Shown one piece after another: positions 33,179-43,260 of a stretch of 47,800 nucleotides of DNA (its first letter is position 1; the number at the start of each line of letters is the position of its first letter). Under the pieces are notes generated by a model. It did no database searches, had not been told where the DNA came from, and worked only from the letters and a program-made list of their open reading frames with translations. The DNA is from Candidatus Zixiibacteriota bacterium (GTDB taxonomy: Bacteria; Zixibacteria; MSB-5A5; GN15; FEB-12), in contig JADFPZ010000001.1 in the NCBI GenBank assembly GCA_022562075.1, positions 1 to 47,800 of the forward strand. The letters run 5' to 3'. Made by a program: the position numbers and the translations under genes.

Positions 33179-35106
33179 TGCACTTGAATCGATTTAGTCT
33201 CTGCATATTCGCAATGCTTCTGTTCTTCTTTTCAAGCTCGCAGGCCATTGACCGGGAAACTTTGCGATGGATGCGTTCTGAACCAAAAATCACAAAAATT
33301 GAGATAGCAGGAAACAAAGCTCTATCAAAGGGCGACATCAAGAGTCAGATGTATTCAAGAGAATTCGGATTCTTTAAAGCTCTGGGAAAAGACCGACGCA
33401 TCTATCTGCAGCGGGAAACACTTCGCAGAGACACCCTCGAAATAAAGTTTCTATATTTGAAAAATGGTTATCTGGATATTGAAATAAAAGAAGAATTTAT
33501 ACTTAACCAAATTGATTCCAGCGCTACTGTCTTGGTGCAGTTAAGTGAAGGCAAACTCTACCGGTTCGGTCAAAAAGAGTTGAAGGGCAGCTACGACAGC
33601 AAGTTTGGTCAAAATCTTAATAAAATGATGCAAACGCTTAAAGAAGGTAAACCGTTTAATATCTTTTTGGTTCGAGGCATGATTTTCGATATGAAAACCT
33701 ATCTGGCCAACGAGGGATACCCCTATGCAGTCATTGATTTTACCATAGATAAATCAAATGACAGCGAATTTGATGATATACTAATCACAGTAGAGTCTGA
33801 TTCTCTGGTTCATTTTGGCGAAGTACGAATCACAGGGAATGACAATTTCCCCAGCTATACTGCCAGAAGAGAAATAACCATAAAGCAAAATAATATCTAC
33901 AGGAGAAAAGACATTCTTAATTCACAAAGGCGTCTTTTGGAGTCAGGCTATTATACTACTGTCCGCTTTGAACAGGACGATACGACTGAGAGCCGCCTGG
34001 CACCTGACTTTGTCCTGTCTGTCCGTGAACGCAAACCTCATTACATTACATTTACAACCGGTGCCGGACAGTCCGAAGATAAGGATTTAGTCTGGGGGCT
34101 TTCCGCCAGATACGGGAAAAGAAATTTTGTAGGTTCCCGCAGATATGATATTTTGTCGGACTACTCTTTTACTTTAGGTAACGGCTCAAAGCTGATCGAA
34201 CACCGCTACCGGGTAAGATTTACCGAGCCATGGTTTTTGGGTATACGCATGCCGCTTATATTAACCAGTGAACTGCAGCCGAAGATAAAAGACCCCAACA
34301 GAAACTTTGACAGGCAGTCATGGTCTCTTTCGGCAGCAACTACTCGAAGGTTTGGACTAAAGGCCAGGACGACCGCCGGATTCGAATATGAGTTTGTAGA
34401 AATAAGCGGGGTCCCTGAAACTGAGATAGAACTGCTTAAAGCAGAGGAAGGTAACTCTGCCCGTAGAAAGATTTATTTTACTTTTCGTCGGGATAGTCGT
34501 GATGACCTGTTTGTTCCCCGCAGAGGTGCCTTTACTATTTTTAGCGTTGAGTATGTCGGCGGATTTTTGGGAGGGGATGATAATTTTTCAAAAACACAGT
34601 TTTCATGGTCGACCTATCAGATGATAAAACCGGACTGGATATCAGCGACACGAATTAAAGTTGGCTGGGCCAGAGCATTTGAGAAAACACAGGTGGTTCC
34701 AATTGACGAAGCCCTCTTTTTGGGCGGCGCCAACTCTGTTCGTGGTTTTAGCACCGAAAGTCTGGGTCCGATAGATGCGGCGTCCGGCGAAGTTGAGGGG
34801 GCTACTTATACTATTCTGTTTAATCAGGAGTTCAGGTGGAAAACCCTGCAGGTTTTTAACTATCTGCCGATTTTGCGGAAGATTTTCTCGTCTTTGCCTC
34901 TCTGGCAGTCAGTTTTCTTTGATATGGGCAATGGATTCAGGAATCTGGAAGATATAAAGGCCAGCGCTTTTGCTTACAGCTATGGGACAGGTATACAGAT
35001 AATGTCTCCGGCCGGGCCTATAAGATTTGACTATGCCCAGCGAATCCCAACCAGTACAATACCTTTTGACAGTCGCTGGCACTTTACTATATTGTATGCG
35101 TTCTAA
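33178..35106 (+). CDS. tamA: Omp85-family outer membrane protein (TamA/BamA-like, POTRA domains plus 16-strand barrel)
   Basis: Signal peptide, POTRA-like segments (ITKIEIAGNKALSKGDIKSQM..., VHFGEVRITGNDNFPSYTARREI). Barrel with LGGANSVRGF and C-terminal ...RWHFTILYAF. The ATG shares a base with the tamB stop (TAATG). Confidence 0.8.
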   Translation: MHLNRFSLCIFAMLLFFFSSSQAIDRETLRWMRSEPKITKIEIAGNKALSKGDIKSQMYSREFGFFKALGKDRRIYLQRETLRRDTLEIKFLYLKNGYLDIEIKEEFILNQIDSSATVLVQLSEGKLYRFGQKELKGSYDSKFGQNLNKMMQTLKEGKPFNIFLVRGMIFDMKTYLANEGYPYAVIDFTIDKSNDSEFDDILITVESDSLVHFGEVRITGNDNFPSYTARREITIKQNNIYRRKDILNSQRRLLESGYYTTVRFEQDDTTESRLAPDFVLSVRERKPHYITFTTGAGQSEDKDLVWGLSARYGKRNFVGSRRYDILSDYSFTLGNGSKLIEHRYRVRFTEPWFLGIRMPLILTSELQPKIKDPNRNFDRQSWSLSAATTRRFGLKARTTAGFEYEFVEISGVPETEIELLKAEEGNSARRKIYFTFRRDSRDDLFVPRRGAFTIFSVEYVGGFLGGDDNFSKTQFSWSTYQMIKPDWISATRIKVGWARAFEKTQVVPIDEALFLGGANSVRGFSTESLGPIDAASGEVEGATYTILFNQEFRWKTLQVFNYLPILRKIFSSLPLWQSVFFDMGNGFRNLEDIKASAFAYSYGTGIQIMSPAGPIRFDYAQRIPTSTIPFDSRWHFTILYAF

Positions 35107-35128
35107 ATGATGTTAACGAGAACTGGTA

Positions 35129-36295
35129 ATGGAACAAATATACTTAGACCATAACGCTACAACGCCGGTTGACCCCGAGGTCGCCGATATCATGAGCCGC
35201 TATCTTGTCGAAGATTTCGGTAATGCCAGCTCTGTGCATAATTTTGGAAGAAATGCCAAAGTTGCCCTGGAAAACGCCCGTGAGCAGATTGCTGAATTTA
35301 TCAACTGTGAGCCAGCGGAGCTTTATTTCACTTCAGGCGGGACAGAGTCGGACAACATAGCCGTTTTAGGGACCACCTACCAATACAAGAAACGAAAAAA
35401 TCATTTGATAGTTGGTTCCACCGAGCACCATGCTGTTTTTGAGCCGGCCGAGTTTCTTCATCAAAAAGAGAACTGGGACCTCGATTTCCTGCCGGTTGAT
35501 ACAGACGGGTTTTGTACGGCAAGTGATCTGGAAGAGCTCATTACCGATAAAACAGCACTCGTCTCGGTTATGCATGCCAACAACGAAACCGGCACGATTC
35601 AGGATATCAAGACATTAGCTCAAATAGCTAACTCTCAAAAAGTATTGTTCCATACCGATGCGGTGCAATCAATCGGTAAGATAACGGTCGACGTCAAAGA
35701 ACTCGGTGTAGATATGCTTTCATTGACAGCTCACAAAATTTATGGCCCAAAGGGCATAGGCGCTCTTTTTATTCGTCAGGGTGTAAAAATAGCGCCGCTA
35801 TTTTACGGCGGGTCGCATGAGAAAAAGCGCCGTCCGGGAACAGAAAATGTAGCCGGAGCAGTCGGTCTTGCCAGGGCGCTTGAAATTGCCAGTAAGAGAA
35901 TGGAACAAGACCACAAAAAGCTCAGCGAACTGGCTGACTATTTCATAGATAAAGTCAACGGTGCCATCTCAGATGTAGCGTTTAACGGCTCAAGAGAAAA
36001 AAGAATTCCGCAGACGGTTAATTTGTCGTTCATTGGCATTGAAGGTGAGTCGATTCTGCTGTCTTTGGACCTTGAGGGTATCGCCTGCTCTTCCGGTTCG
36101 GCCTGTACTTCGGGCTCTACTGAGCCATCGCATGTCATGACGGCCATGGGCAAACCAAAAATTGAAGCGCAAGGGGCTATTAGGTTTTCTCTCGGCCGCA
36201 GCACAACAGTCGAGCAGCTCGACTATGTCGTCGAAAAACTGATTCCGACTATTGAGAGGCTGCGTTCTTTGTCTCCGATATATGAAAAAGGTTAA
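35129..36295 (+). CDS. nifS: Cysteine desulfurase (NifS/IscS class V aminotransferase)
   Basis: IYLDHNATTPVDPEV, FTSGGTESDN, SLTAHKIYGPKGIGALF (PLP Lys), SSGSACTSGS (active-site Cys loop). Confidence 0.9.
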   Translation: MEQIYLDHNATTPVDPEVADIMSRYLVEDFGNASSVHNFGRNAKVALENAREQIAEFINCEPAELYFTSGGTESDNIAVLGTTYQYKKRKNHLIVGSTEHHAVFEPAEFLHQKENWDLDFLPVDTDGFCTASDLEELITDKTALVSVMHANNETGTIQDIKTLAQIANSQKVLFHTDAVQSIGKITVDVKELGVDMLSLTAHKIYGPKGIGALFIRQGVKIAPLFYGGSHEKKRRPGTENVAGAVGLARALEIASKRMEQDHKKLSELADYFIDKVNGAISDVAFNGSREKRIPQTVNLSFIGIEGESILLSLDLEGIACSSGSACTSGSTEPSHVMTAMGKPKIEAQGAIRFSLGRSTTVEQLDYVVEKLIPTIERLRSLSPIYEKG

Positions 36296-36362
36296 GCGGG
36301 GTTTTAAATCAACAAGTTAAACAAGCGGACACTTTCAGCCGTCTTTTCAAATTAAACTAAGT

Positions 36363-37460
36363 ATGAAGGCCAGGGAAAAAGTATTGGTGGCCATGTCCGG
36401 CGGGGTCGACTCATCGGTAGCCGCGCTTCTCTTAAAAGAGCAGGGCTACGATGTTGTCGGGGCGCATATGAAGCTCTGGGATTATGTTGATGTTGGCGCC
36501 GACATTTTCAAAGACGGCCGCTGTTGTACGATTGACTCTGTAACTGACTGTCGTATAGTCTGTGACAGCATAGCTGCGCCATTTTATGTGCTGAATATGT
36601 CAAAAGAGTTTAAGGCTACCGTCATAGATGATTTCGTGTCGGAGTATCACAAAGGCCGCACGCCCAATCCTTGTGTTCGCTGTAACTCCGATGTTAAGTG
36701 GAACGAATTTTTGCACAAGGCCGAAAAAATCGGCTGTGATTATATTGCCACCGGGCATTACGCTATTATCGAGCAGAACAAATTTAAACGTTGGCATATT
36801 CGCAAAGGCATCGACGACACCCGTGACCAGTCCTATGTCCTCTGGGGAGTAACTCAGCGAGCTCTGTCAAAAACATTAATGCCGCTCGGAAATCTGCTTA
36901 AGAGCGAAGTTCGCGAGATTGCCCACAAACATAATTTACGAACAGCCGACAAACCGGAATCACGCGAAATCTGCTTTGTGGCCGATAACAATTACCGCCG
37001 GTTCCTGCGTGACTGGGAAGAAAAGCACGGCTCGGAGTCCGTTCCGGGTCAGATAGTCCATGAAAACGGCGAGGTCATGGGCCAGCATAACGGCATTGCG
37101 CATTTTACAGTCGGCCAGCGCAAAGGCCTGGGAATCACGCACCCGACACCACTTTATGTCCAGCGGGTAGAAGTCGACACCCACCGGGTCATAGTAGGAG
37201 ACAACGATTCTTTGTTTGTCTCAAAACTGGAGGCTACCGCTATCAACTGGATTGGCGGCTCTGCTGACAATGGCTCGTTTGAAGCCGAAATCAAAATTCG
37301 ATACCTGCATACTCCGGCAGCGGGAAAAGTCACTCCGCATTCTGAGACAGAAGCCTCGATTGTGTTTACCGAACCACAGCGGGCGGTCACGTCCGGGCAG
37401 TCGGTCGTCTTTTACGAAGGCGATATTGTCTTAGGGGGAGGAATAATCGACCGCGCTTAG
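36363..37460 (+). CDS. mnmA: tRNA 2-thiouridine(34) synthase MnmA
   Basis: PP-loop VAMSGGVDSSVAA, NPCVRCN, ATGHYA, DQSYVLW. Confidence 0.93.
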   Translation: MKAREKVLVAMSGGVDSSVAALLLKEQGYDVVGAHMKLWDYVDVGADIFKDGRCCTIDSVTDCRIVCDSIAAPFYVLNMSKEFKATVIDDFVSEYHKGRTPNPCVRCNSDVKWNEFLHKAEKIGCDYIATGHYAIIEQNKFKRWHIRKGIDDTRDQSYVLWGVTQRALSKTLMPLGNLLKSEVREIAHKHNLRTADKPESREICFVADNNYRRFLRDWEEKHGSESVPGQIVHENGEVMGQHNGIAHFTVGQRKGLGITHPTPLYVQRVEVDTHRVIVGDNDSLFVSKLEATAINWIGGSADNGSFEAEIKIRYLHTPAAGKVTPHSETEASIVFTEPQRAVTSGQSVVFYEGDIVLGGGIIDRA

Positions 37461-37553
37461 AATTATCGACTGCTCCGATTGACAATCAATTCAATCTCAA
37501 TTATCTATCAAAATTAAGTAGAGCAAAGAAATTTCTGAAGGAGGTTCGTAAAT

Positions 37554-38231
37554 ATGCCTACAGCCAGATTTTTGGGACAGTCCTGCATCACTATTGAAAA
37601 TGGTGACCACAAAATAATTATCGACCCGTTTTTGACCGGCAACCCTCTGGCCGGCGCCAAGCAGGAAGATATAGAATGCAGTCACGTCCTCTTGACCCAC
37701 GGTCATGGCGACCATTTTGGTGATACGATAGAAATTGCCAAACGAAACGACGCCACCGTCATAGCCACTTACGAACTGGCCAGCTTCTGCGGCAGCAAAG
37801 GACTGAAATTTCATCTGATGCATATTGGAGGCGCGCACGATTTTGATTTCGGGCGGGTTAAACTGACCATCGCTCACCACGGCGGCGGTTTTGGCGAGAA
37901 TGCCGAAATTTATACCGGCCCTCCCGTTGGATTTTTGATTACCATGGGCGGCAAAACTGTCTACAACGCCGGAGATACCGGTCTGTTTTACGATATGAAG
38001 CTTATTGGAGAAATGAATCAGATTGACCTGGCTTTTCTGCCAATCGGCGACAATTTTACGATGGGAATCGACGATGCCGTTAAAGCTGTGGAATTCTTAA
38101 AACCCAGGAAAGTTGTACCTGTACATTATAATACTTTTCCGTTAATAGAGCAGGACCCGCAGGAATTTGCCGGTAAAGTAAAAACGGCTGAAGTTGTCAT
38201 AATGAACCCGGGGGATACGATCGAGTTTTAA
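37554..38231 (+). CDS. Metallo-beta-lactamase-fold hydrolase (UPF0173 family)
   Basis: FLGQSCITIENGDHKIIIDPFL, LLTHGHGDHFGD, NAGDTGLF. Confidence 0.8.
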   Translation: MPTARFLGQSCITIENGDHKIIIDPFLTGNPLAGAKQEDIECSHVLLTHGHGDHFGDTIEIAKRNDATVIATYELASFCGSKGLKFHLMHIGGAHDFDFGRVKLTIAHHGGGFGENAEIYTGPPVGFLITMGGKTVYNAGDTGLFYDMKLIGEMNQIDLAFLPIGDNFTMGIDDAVKAVEFLKPRKVVPVHYNTFPLIEQDPQEFAGKVKTAEVVIMNPGDTIEF

Positions 38232-38258
38232 TCTGACTTGCCGATTTAAGAATTCTGA

Positions 38259-38288
38259 GGCGGCGATTGCAAAATTGCCGCCTTTTTT
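38259..38288 (+). terminator. Rho-independent terminator
   Basis: GGCGGCGATT (38259-38268) pairs with AATTGCCGCC (38273-38282), with one G-U pair and a GCAA tetraloop. A T6 run follows. Confidence 0.75.
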
Positions 38289-38367
38289 GAGAGGTTATAG
38301 TTGATTAGGCACCCAGGGCATATTTAATATTGAATAAGAAAAATCAAATAGCGTATAACTATATTAG

Positions 38368-41208
38368 ATGAAGAAACTCTTTAAAATATTTGTCTGGGCG
38401 GCCGGAATTTTCGTAGCCCTGCTGCTATTAATTGTAATAGCCTTCAAACTTTTTTTCCCGGTCGAAAAAGCAAAAGTTTACGCAATCGAGAAAGCTGAAA
38501 GTTTCTTAAATCGAAAAGTCACTATTGAAGCGATAGACATTTCAATCTGGGGCGGTCTGGGCCTGCAGCTGGTCGGTGTCACTGTCTCTAATCCACAGGA
38601 GTTTTCTGATCAGACGGATTTCCTGAGGGCCGAAAACGTAGATGTCAAAATGAGACTGTGGCCTTTATTGTTCGGAGAGTTTCGGGTTGACAGGTTTATT
38701 CTCAACAGACCGCAGATTAGTCTGATAAAATCATTTGAGCTCAAAAATAACTATTCCTTTGAGAGTGCAGATTCAATTCCTGAAACTAAAGCTCTTGAAA
38801 ATATCCCAGGTGAGGCGGTACCTGCCGTAGCAGCAATTTCATTTGAAACATTTGAGATTAATAATGGAACATTAGTCTACAAGAATTATTCAGACCAATC
38901 AGAACTAATTCTTACTGGAATAAATTTTCATTCAAGTCTGGTCAACCCAACCGAAAACAGATTTAAATCTGTCGGAGAACTTGCCATACAAAGCGTTCTC
39001 TTCAAAAGTGAAGAGTCCTTTCCTGAAGTTAAAGTCAGCCTGGCCTACGACGCCGAACTTGATTTGACCAATAAGAGGCTGGTTCTCGAAGAATCAGCAC
39101 TGGAGCTCAATGATATTTCGTTTCGCTTGAGTGGTCAGCTCTCCGACTTCGTTTCGGCTCCCAAAGGACGCTTCACTATAAAATCCGAAAGCGTATTGGC
39201 AGAGCAGCTGATAGAACTTCTTCCGGCCAAAGTCAGAAAATCAATTTCTGATTATTCGATAAGCGGTGAACTCAGTCTGACTACCGAACTTGAATACGGC
39301 CAGTCGAAGATTACTCCGTTTTCTTATTCAGGAACGCTGTCACTCAATAAAGTACGGGTTACCACTAATATGATAAATGCCACGTTGCAGTTTGACAGGG
39401 CCTTCATTGATTTCAAACCGGACAATGTTCGCGCCAATATCGAAGGTGGCACGATTGATGGGCAGCCGTTTAAAGGTCATGTAATCATTAACGATTTTGC
39501 GAATCCTGAAGTGAATGGTGATCTGACCGGTTCCATTGATCTGGCCGTTTTTGATCCTCTGATTGACAAAGAGGACAAATTTGAGTTTTCCGGGAAAACA
39601 GAACTTGACCTGAGGTTCTCCGGCCGGTTAAACGACAGCAAACAGCTGGTGTATTCCGGCAATCTAAAAATGCTGAATGGTAAATTCAAATCAGAGCTCT
39701 TGCCGGAATCGATCGATTCGCTGTACCTTGATCTCTACATAGACAATAAGGTTACTACTGTCAGACGTATTGCGGCCAGATCGAAATCGGCTGAGTTACT
39801 TTTTAGCGGACGTTTTGAAAATGTGATAAATTATTTTATGGCTGATTCCTCTAGCCGTTTGAAATTGCCTGCACCGTTAATAGTAGGAGAACTTAGCGGT
39901 CACAGCGACCTGGCTTTGCTTAACGGCTATCTTGAAAAAGCGAGGGCAGCCAGAGTAACGGGTAAAACCAGTTTTAATCTAAAAGTCAGCGGCAATCCGG
40001 TTCTGCTTACCAGTCTGAAACCGTATGGCAGTTTGTCAATCTCTGAGGGTACTTACTTCGACTCAACTTTTCCAGAACCCGTAAAGCACTTTTCTGCAAC
40101 TATGACAGTTGTTGCAGATACCTTCAAAGTTGACTCAATGAAAATTGAGTTTGAATCAAGCGATGTATCCCTATCCGGCAAAATTATTCAACCGGTGCCA
40201 TACTTTTTGACATATCTTGGAATAATCGAGGGAACACCGCCAAAACCACTCTTTGAGCTGGACATAGTATCCAGAAGATTCAATGTTGACAAGATGTTTC
40301 CTGAAGCTGTTCCCGGATCTGAAGCAGTAACAACAAAACTTCCGTCCGACACGGTTCCGGAATTGATAGTTCCGGATATGAACGGCCGGGGAACTTTCTC
40401 TGTCGACACTCTCATCTACAGTAAAATTGAGTTCACAAATATCAAGGGACTCTTAAGAGTGCAAGACCGGCGGATGGAGACTTACAATGTCACCGGCAAT
40501 GTCTATTCCGGCAGAATCAGCGGTGAAACCACTATTGACCTAAATGATTTCAGCAAACCACGATATATTGGTAAGTTCAAGGCCACAAGTATTCAAGCAG
40601 ATGATTTTATCAGCCGCTTTACCAGGATGGGCGGATTTCTTTTCGGCAAAATAAATATTAACGGTGACTACAACGCTTTAGGCTGGGATCGAGAAGCTTT
40701 TCTGAAGTCGCTTACTATGGACGGTCTGGCACAGATGAACAAAGGGAAGCTGGTGACATCGGACTCGATTCATCAGCAGCTTAATTTCATTACAAAGAGA
40801 CTGAAACTCCCTTTTGATAAAGAGCAGACGATACGAAATCTTTCATCAAAAATCACAGTCAAAGATGGTAAAGTCGGGCTTGATAATCTGAAAACATCTC
40901 TGGGTGTAATAGGTGACCTTGAGCTCGGCGGTTTTTATAGCTTTGACGGAGAACTCGACTACACCGGTTCAATCTTGCTTTCCAAGGAACAGACCAAAAA
41001 AATAATGTCTGAACTTTCCAAAAGTAATCTTTTTGGAGGACTGGCCGGACTGTTAAATAATAAAAGTGTAGACAGGTTGAGACTGCCAATAAAGTTAGGT
41101 GGCACGGTTGATAAACCGAAACCGGAGATTGATATGGCAGCGTTGACTGGTAATGCCGGAAAAAACCTGTTACAGAATTTATTTAAGAAACTCAGTGAAA
41201 ATAAATAG
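38368..41208 (+). CDS. AsmA-family outer-membrane biogenesis / lipid-transfer-like protein
   Basis: 946 aa. N-terminal anchor IFVWAAGIFVALLLLIVIAF followed by ...LNRKVTIEAIDISIWGGLGLQLVGVTVSNP, a typical AsmA N-domain. Long beta-rich body. Confidence 0.7.
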   Translation: MKKLFKIFVWAAGIFVALLLLIVIAFKLFFPVEKAKVYAIEKAESFLNRKVTIEAIDISIWGGLGLQLVGVTVSNPQEFSDQTDFLRAENVDVKMRLWPLLFGEFRVDRFILNRPQISLIKSFELKNNYSFESADSIPETKALENIPGEAVPAVAAISFETFEINNGTLVYKNYSDQSELILTGINFHSSLVNPTENRFKSVGELAIQSVLFKSEESFPEVKVSLAYDAELDLTNKRLVLEESALELNDISFRLSGQLSDFVSAPKGRFTIKSESVLAEQLIELLPAKVRKSISDYSISGELSLTTELEYGQSKITPFSYSGTLSLNKVRVTTNMINATLQFDRAFIDFKPDNVRANIEGGTIDGQPFKGHVIINDFANPEVNGDLTGSIDLAVFDPLIDKEDKFEFSGKTELDLRFSGRLNDSKQLVYSGNLKMLNGKFKSELLPESIDSLYLDLYIDNKVTTVRRIAARSKSAELLFSGRFENVINYFMADSSSRLKLPAPLIVGELSGHSDLALLNGYLEKARAARVTGKTSFNLKVSGNPVLLTSLKPYGSLSISEGTYFDSTFPEPVKHFSATMTVVADTFKVDSMKIEFESSDVSLSGKIIQPVPYFLTYLGIIEGTPPKPLFELDIVSRRFNVDKMFPEAVPGSEAVTTKLPSDTVPELIVPDMNGRGTFSVDTLIYSKIEFTNIKGLLRVQDRRMETYNVTGNVYSGRISGETTIDLNDFSKPRYIGKFKATSIQADDFISRFTRMGGFLFGKININGDYNALGWDREAFLKSLTMDGLAQMNKGKLVTSDSIHQQLNFITKRLKLPFDKEQTIRNLSSKITVKDGKVGLDNLKTSLGVIGDLELGGFYSFDGELDYTGSILLSKEQTKKIMSELSKSNLFGGLAGLLNNKSVDRLRLPIKLGGTVDKPKPEIDMAALTGNAGKNLLQNLFKKLSENK

Positions 41209-41214
41209 CATAAA

Positions 41215-43233
41215 TTGAATTTCGACTTTAAAACATTACTTGAAAAATTGCACGGCTGTAAAGCAGTAATACTTGGTGTTACTATTCTGGTTTCTCTGGG
41301 TTTTGCGCAAAACGCAGAGAGCCAGCAAATACTTTCACCCGAACTTTCAGTTATCGTATCAAACAATTCCAATAGTGAGCTGCACAAAGTTTGGATTTAT
41401 TTCGACCTGCCGGATTCGCTCTTGGAAAAAGTTAATTTAAGCGAAAAATCTTTAAAGCGCCGGGCAAAAGTTTTTGGTCAAAACGATAGTCAAAGCCGTT
41501 ATGATTTTAGGCCGAGTGATAAAGTTTTGCAAGAAATAACATCAACGGGCGTTCAAATTAGAAGAGTCTCCCGGTGGTTCAAAGCCGTGTCTGTCGAAGC
41601 CAGCGCGTCCCAAATACAACAAGTGGCCCGGCTGCCATTTGTCTCAAAAGTTGATTTGGTCAAAACACTTTCGACTCCTCTGCCGGTAGTCGAAGTCAGC
41701 CAGCAGCGAAGCCTGCCCACCCAACGTAGTGCACTGCTGCCCTATGGTTTGACTCTATTTCAGAACAGTTACATTAATGCTGTCAAATTACATGACGCCG
41801 GACTCAGTGGTAAGGGGGTTTTGATTGCGCTTTTTGATACCGGCTTCGATACCGCCCACGTGGCTTTTGATTCAACTTCTATAATAGACAGCTACGATTT
41901 TATCAATAATGATGACGATGTGTCAGGTGTAGACTGTGCCATGGGCGTACAACAGTCTTTTCACGGGACTTTGACACTAGGAGTACTGGGCGCGTACATT
42001 CCTAATACGCTCATTGGTGTCGCCTATGGAGCCGACTATGCTCTGGCCAAAACAGAAATCACCTGTGCTGATGTTAATGGCAATGATGAGATTAAAGTAG
42101 AGGAAGATAATTGGATTGCCGCCGCTGAATGGGCTGATTCTATCGGTGCTGATATTATCAGCTCATCCTTGGGTTATACTCAGTTTCAGGATAGCGGCAG
42201 CTACACCCAATCGCAGTTAGACGGCAACACCGCGCTGATAACGATTGCTGCAGATATTGCAGCTTCAATGAATATTCTGGTCGTAAATTCTGCCGGCAAT
42301 TCAAGAGGTTCACTCACTTGGGGGACAATATCTTTTCCGGCCGATGGTGATTCAGTCTTGACTGTCGGTGCCGCAACTTCGGATTCAAGTCTGGCATCCT
42401 TTTCTTCGCCCGGACCTACCGCTGACGGTCGAATAAAGCCTGACATTGCTACCCTGGGAGTAAATGTTTATACCGCCCTCCAAAATGGTGGCACAATTAG
42501 CGCCTCCGGAACATCTCTTTCAACCCCGCTAGTGGCAGGCGGAGCAGCACTGGCGTTAGAGCACGATTCTACGATGACTGCCAATGAAGCCCTGTTACTA
42601 ATCCGCCAGACCGGAAGTAAATCACAAAGCCCGGACAATGATTTCGGATATGGGCTATACAACGCTGCCAGGGCTGCAGATATAATAAAAATTGACCAGT
42701 CAGGAATTTTTCAGGTAACCATCGGCCAAACCAGAATCATAGCAATCAGCGCCTCGGGACGCACTCTTTCCACTCCTGCCATCAGTCTGACAGGAACAGT
42801 TCCGGCCGGAATTTCCCTGACAGACAATCTTAACGGCACAGCTTCTTTATCGGTAACAGGTTCATCCGCTCTGGCTGTTCAGACTATTCTGAACGTCGTT
42901 GCAGATGTCGGTTACTATGCAGATACAGCCCGGCTCATAATTGAAGTGCAATCTTTGACTTCGGACTTGGTCAGAGCAGCTCCCAACCCCTTTTCAAGCT
43001 CAGTCAGGTTCTTGATTTCCTCAGCAGCAGGGAAATGGCAATCTTTGACCATTTATACTTCTGCCGGCGAGAGAATCTGGGAAAAAGTCAATAATTTCGC
43101 AGTTTCGGCCGATACTTCTATTATCTGGGATGGCAGAAATGCCCAGGGTAAAGCAACTTCTGCCGGCGTCTATATCCTGCATTTCATGTCCAGCAACGCT
43201 GAAAGACGTCTTAAGTTGTTGAAAACAAACTAA
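41215..43233 (+). CDS. S8 (subtilisin-family) serine peptidase with a T9SS C-terminal sorting domain
   Basis: Signal peptide. Catalytic triad contexts ALFDTGFDTAH, FHGTLTLGV and GTSLSTPLVAGGAAL. C-terminal APNPFSSSVRFLIS...LTIYTSAGERIW...IWDGRNAQGKATSAGVYILHF. TTG start 7 nt after the AsmA-like stop. Confidence 0.88.
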   Translation: MNFDFKTLLEKLHGCKAVILGVTILVSLGFAQNAESQQILSPELSVIVSNNSNSELHKVWIYFDLPDSLLEKVNLSEKSLKRRAKVFGQNDSQSRYDFRPSDKVLQEITSTGVQIRRVSRWFKAVSVEASASQIQQVARLPFVSKVDLVKTLSTPLPVVEVSQQRSLPTQRSALLPYGLTLFQNSYINAVKLHDAGLSGKGVLIALFDTGFDTAHVAFDSTSIIDSYDFINNDDDVSGVDCAMGVQQSFHGTLTLGVLGAYIPNTLIGVAYGADYALAKTEITCADVNGNDEIKVEEDNWIAAAEWADSIGADIISSSLGYTQFQDSGSYTQSQLDGNTALITIAADIAASMNILVVNSAGNSRGSLTWGTISFPADGDSVLTVGAATSDSSLASFSSPGPTADGRIKPDIATLGVNVYTALQNGGTISASGTSLSTPLVAGGAALALEHDSTMTANEALLLIRQTGSKSQSPDNDFGYGLYNAARAADIIKIDQSGIFQVTIGQTRIIAISASGRTLSTPAISLTGTVPAGISLTDNLNGTASLSVTGSSALAVQTILNVVADVGYYADTARLIIEVQSLTSDLVRAAPNPFSSSVRFLISSAAGKWQSLTIYTSAGERIWEKVNNFAVSADTSIIWDGRNAQGKATSAGVYILHFMSSNAERRLKLLKTN

Positions 43234-43260
43234 GTAGACTTAAGGGTTTCTTTCATTGCT

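Noticed and set aside
40959-41387. 142-aa minus-strand ORF across the AsmA/S8 boundary, and the 45271-45720 ORF opposite gmk.
   Set aside because: Both are antisense to genes with unambiguous motifs and have no supporting features.
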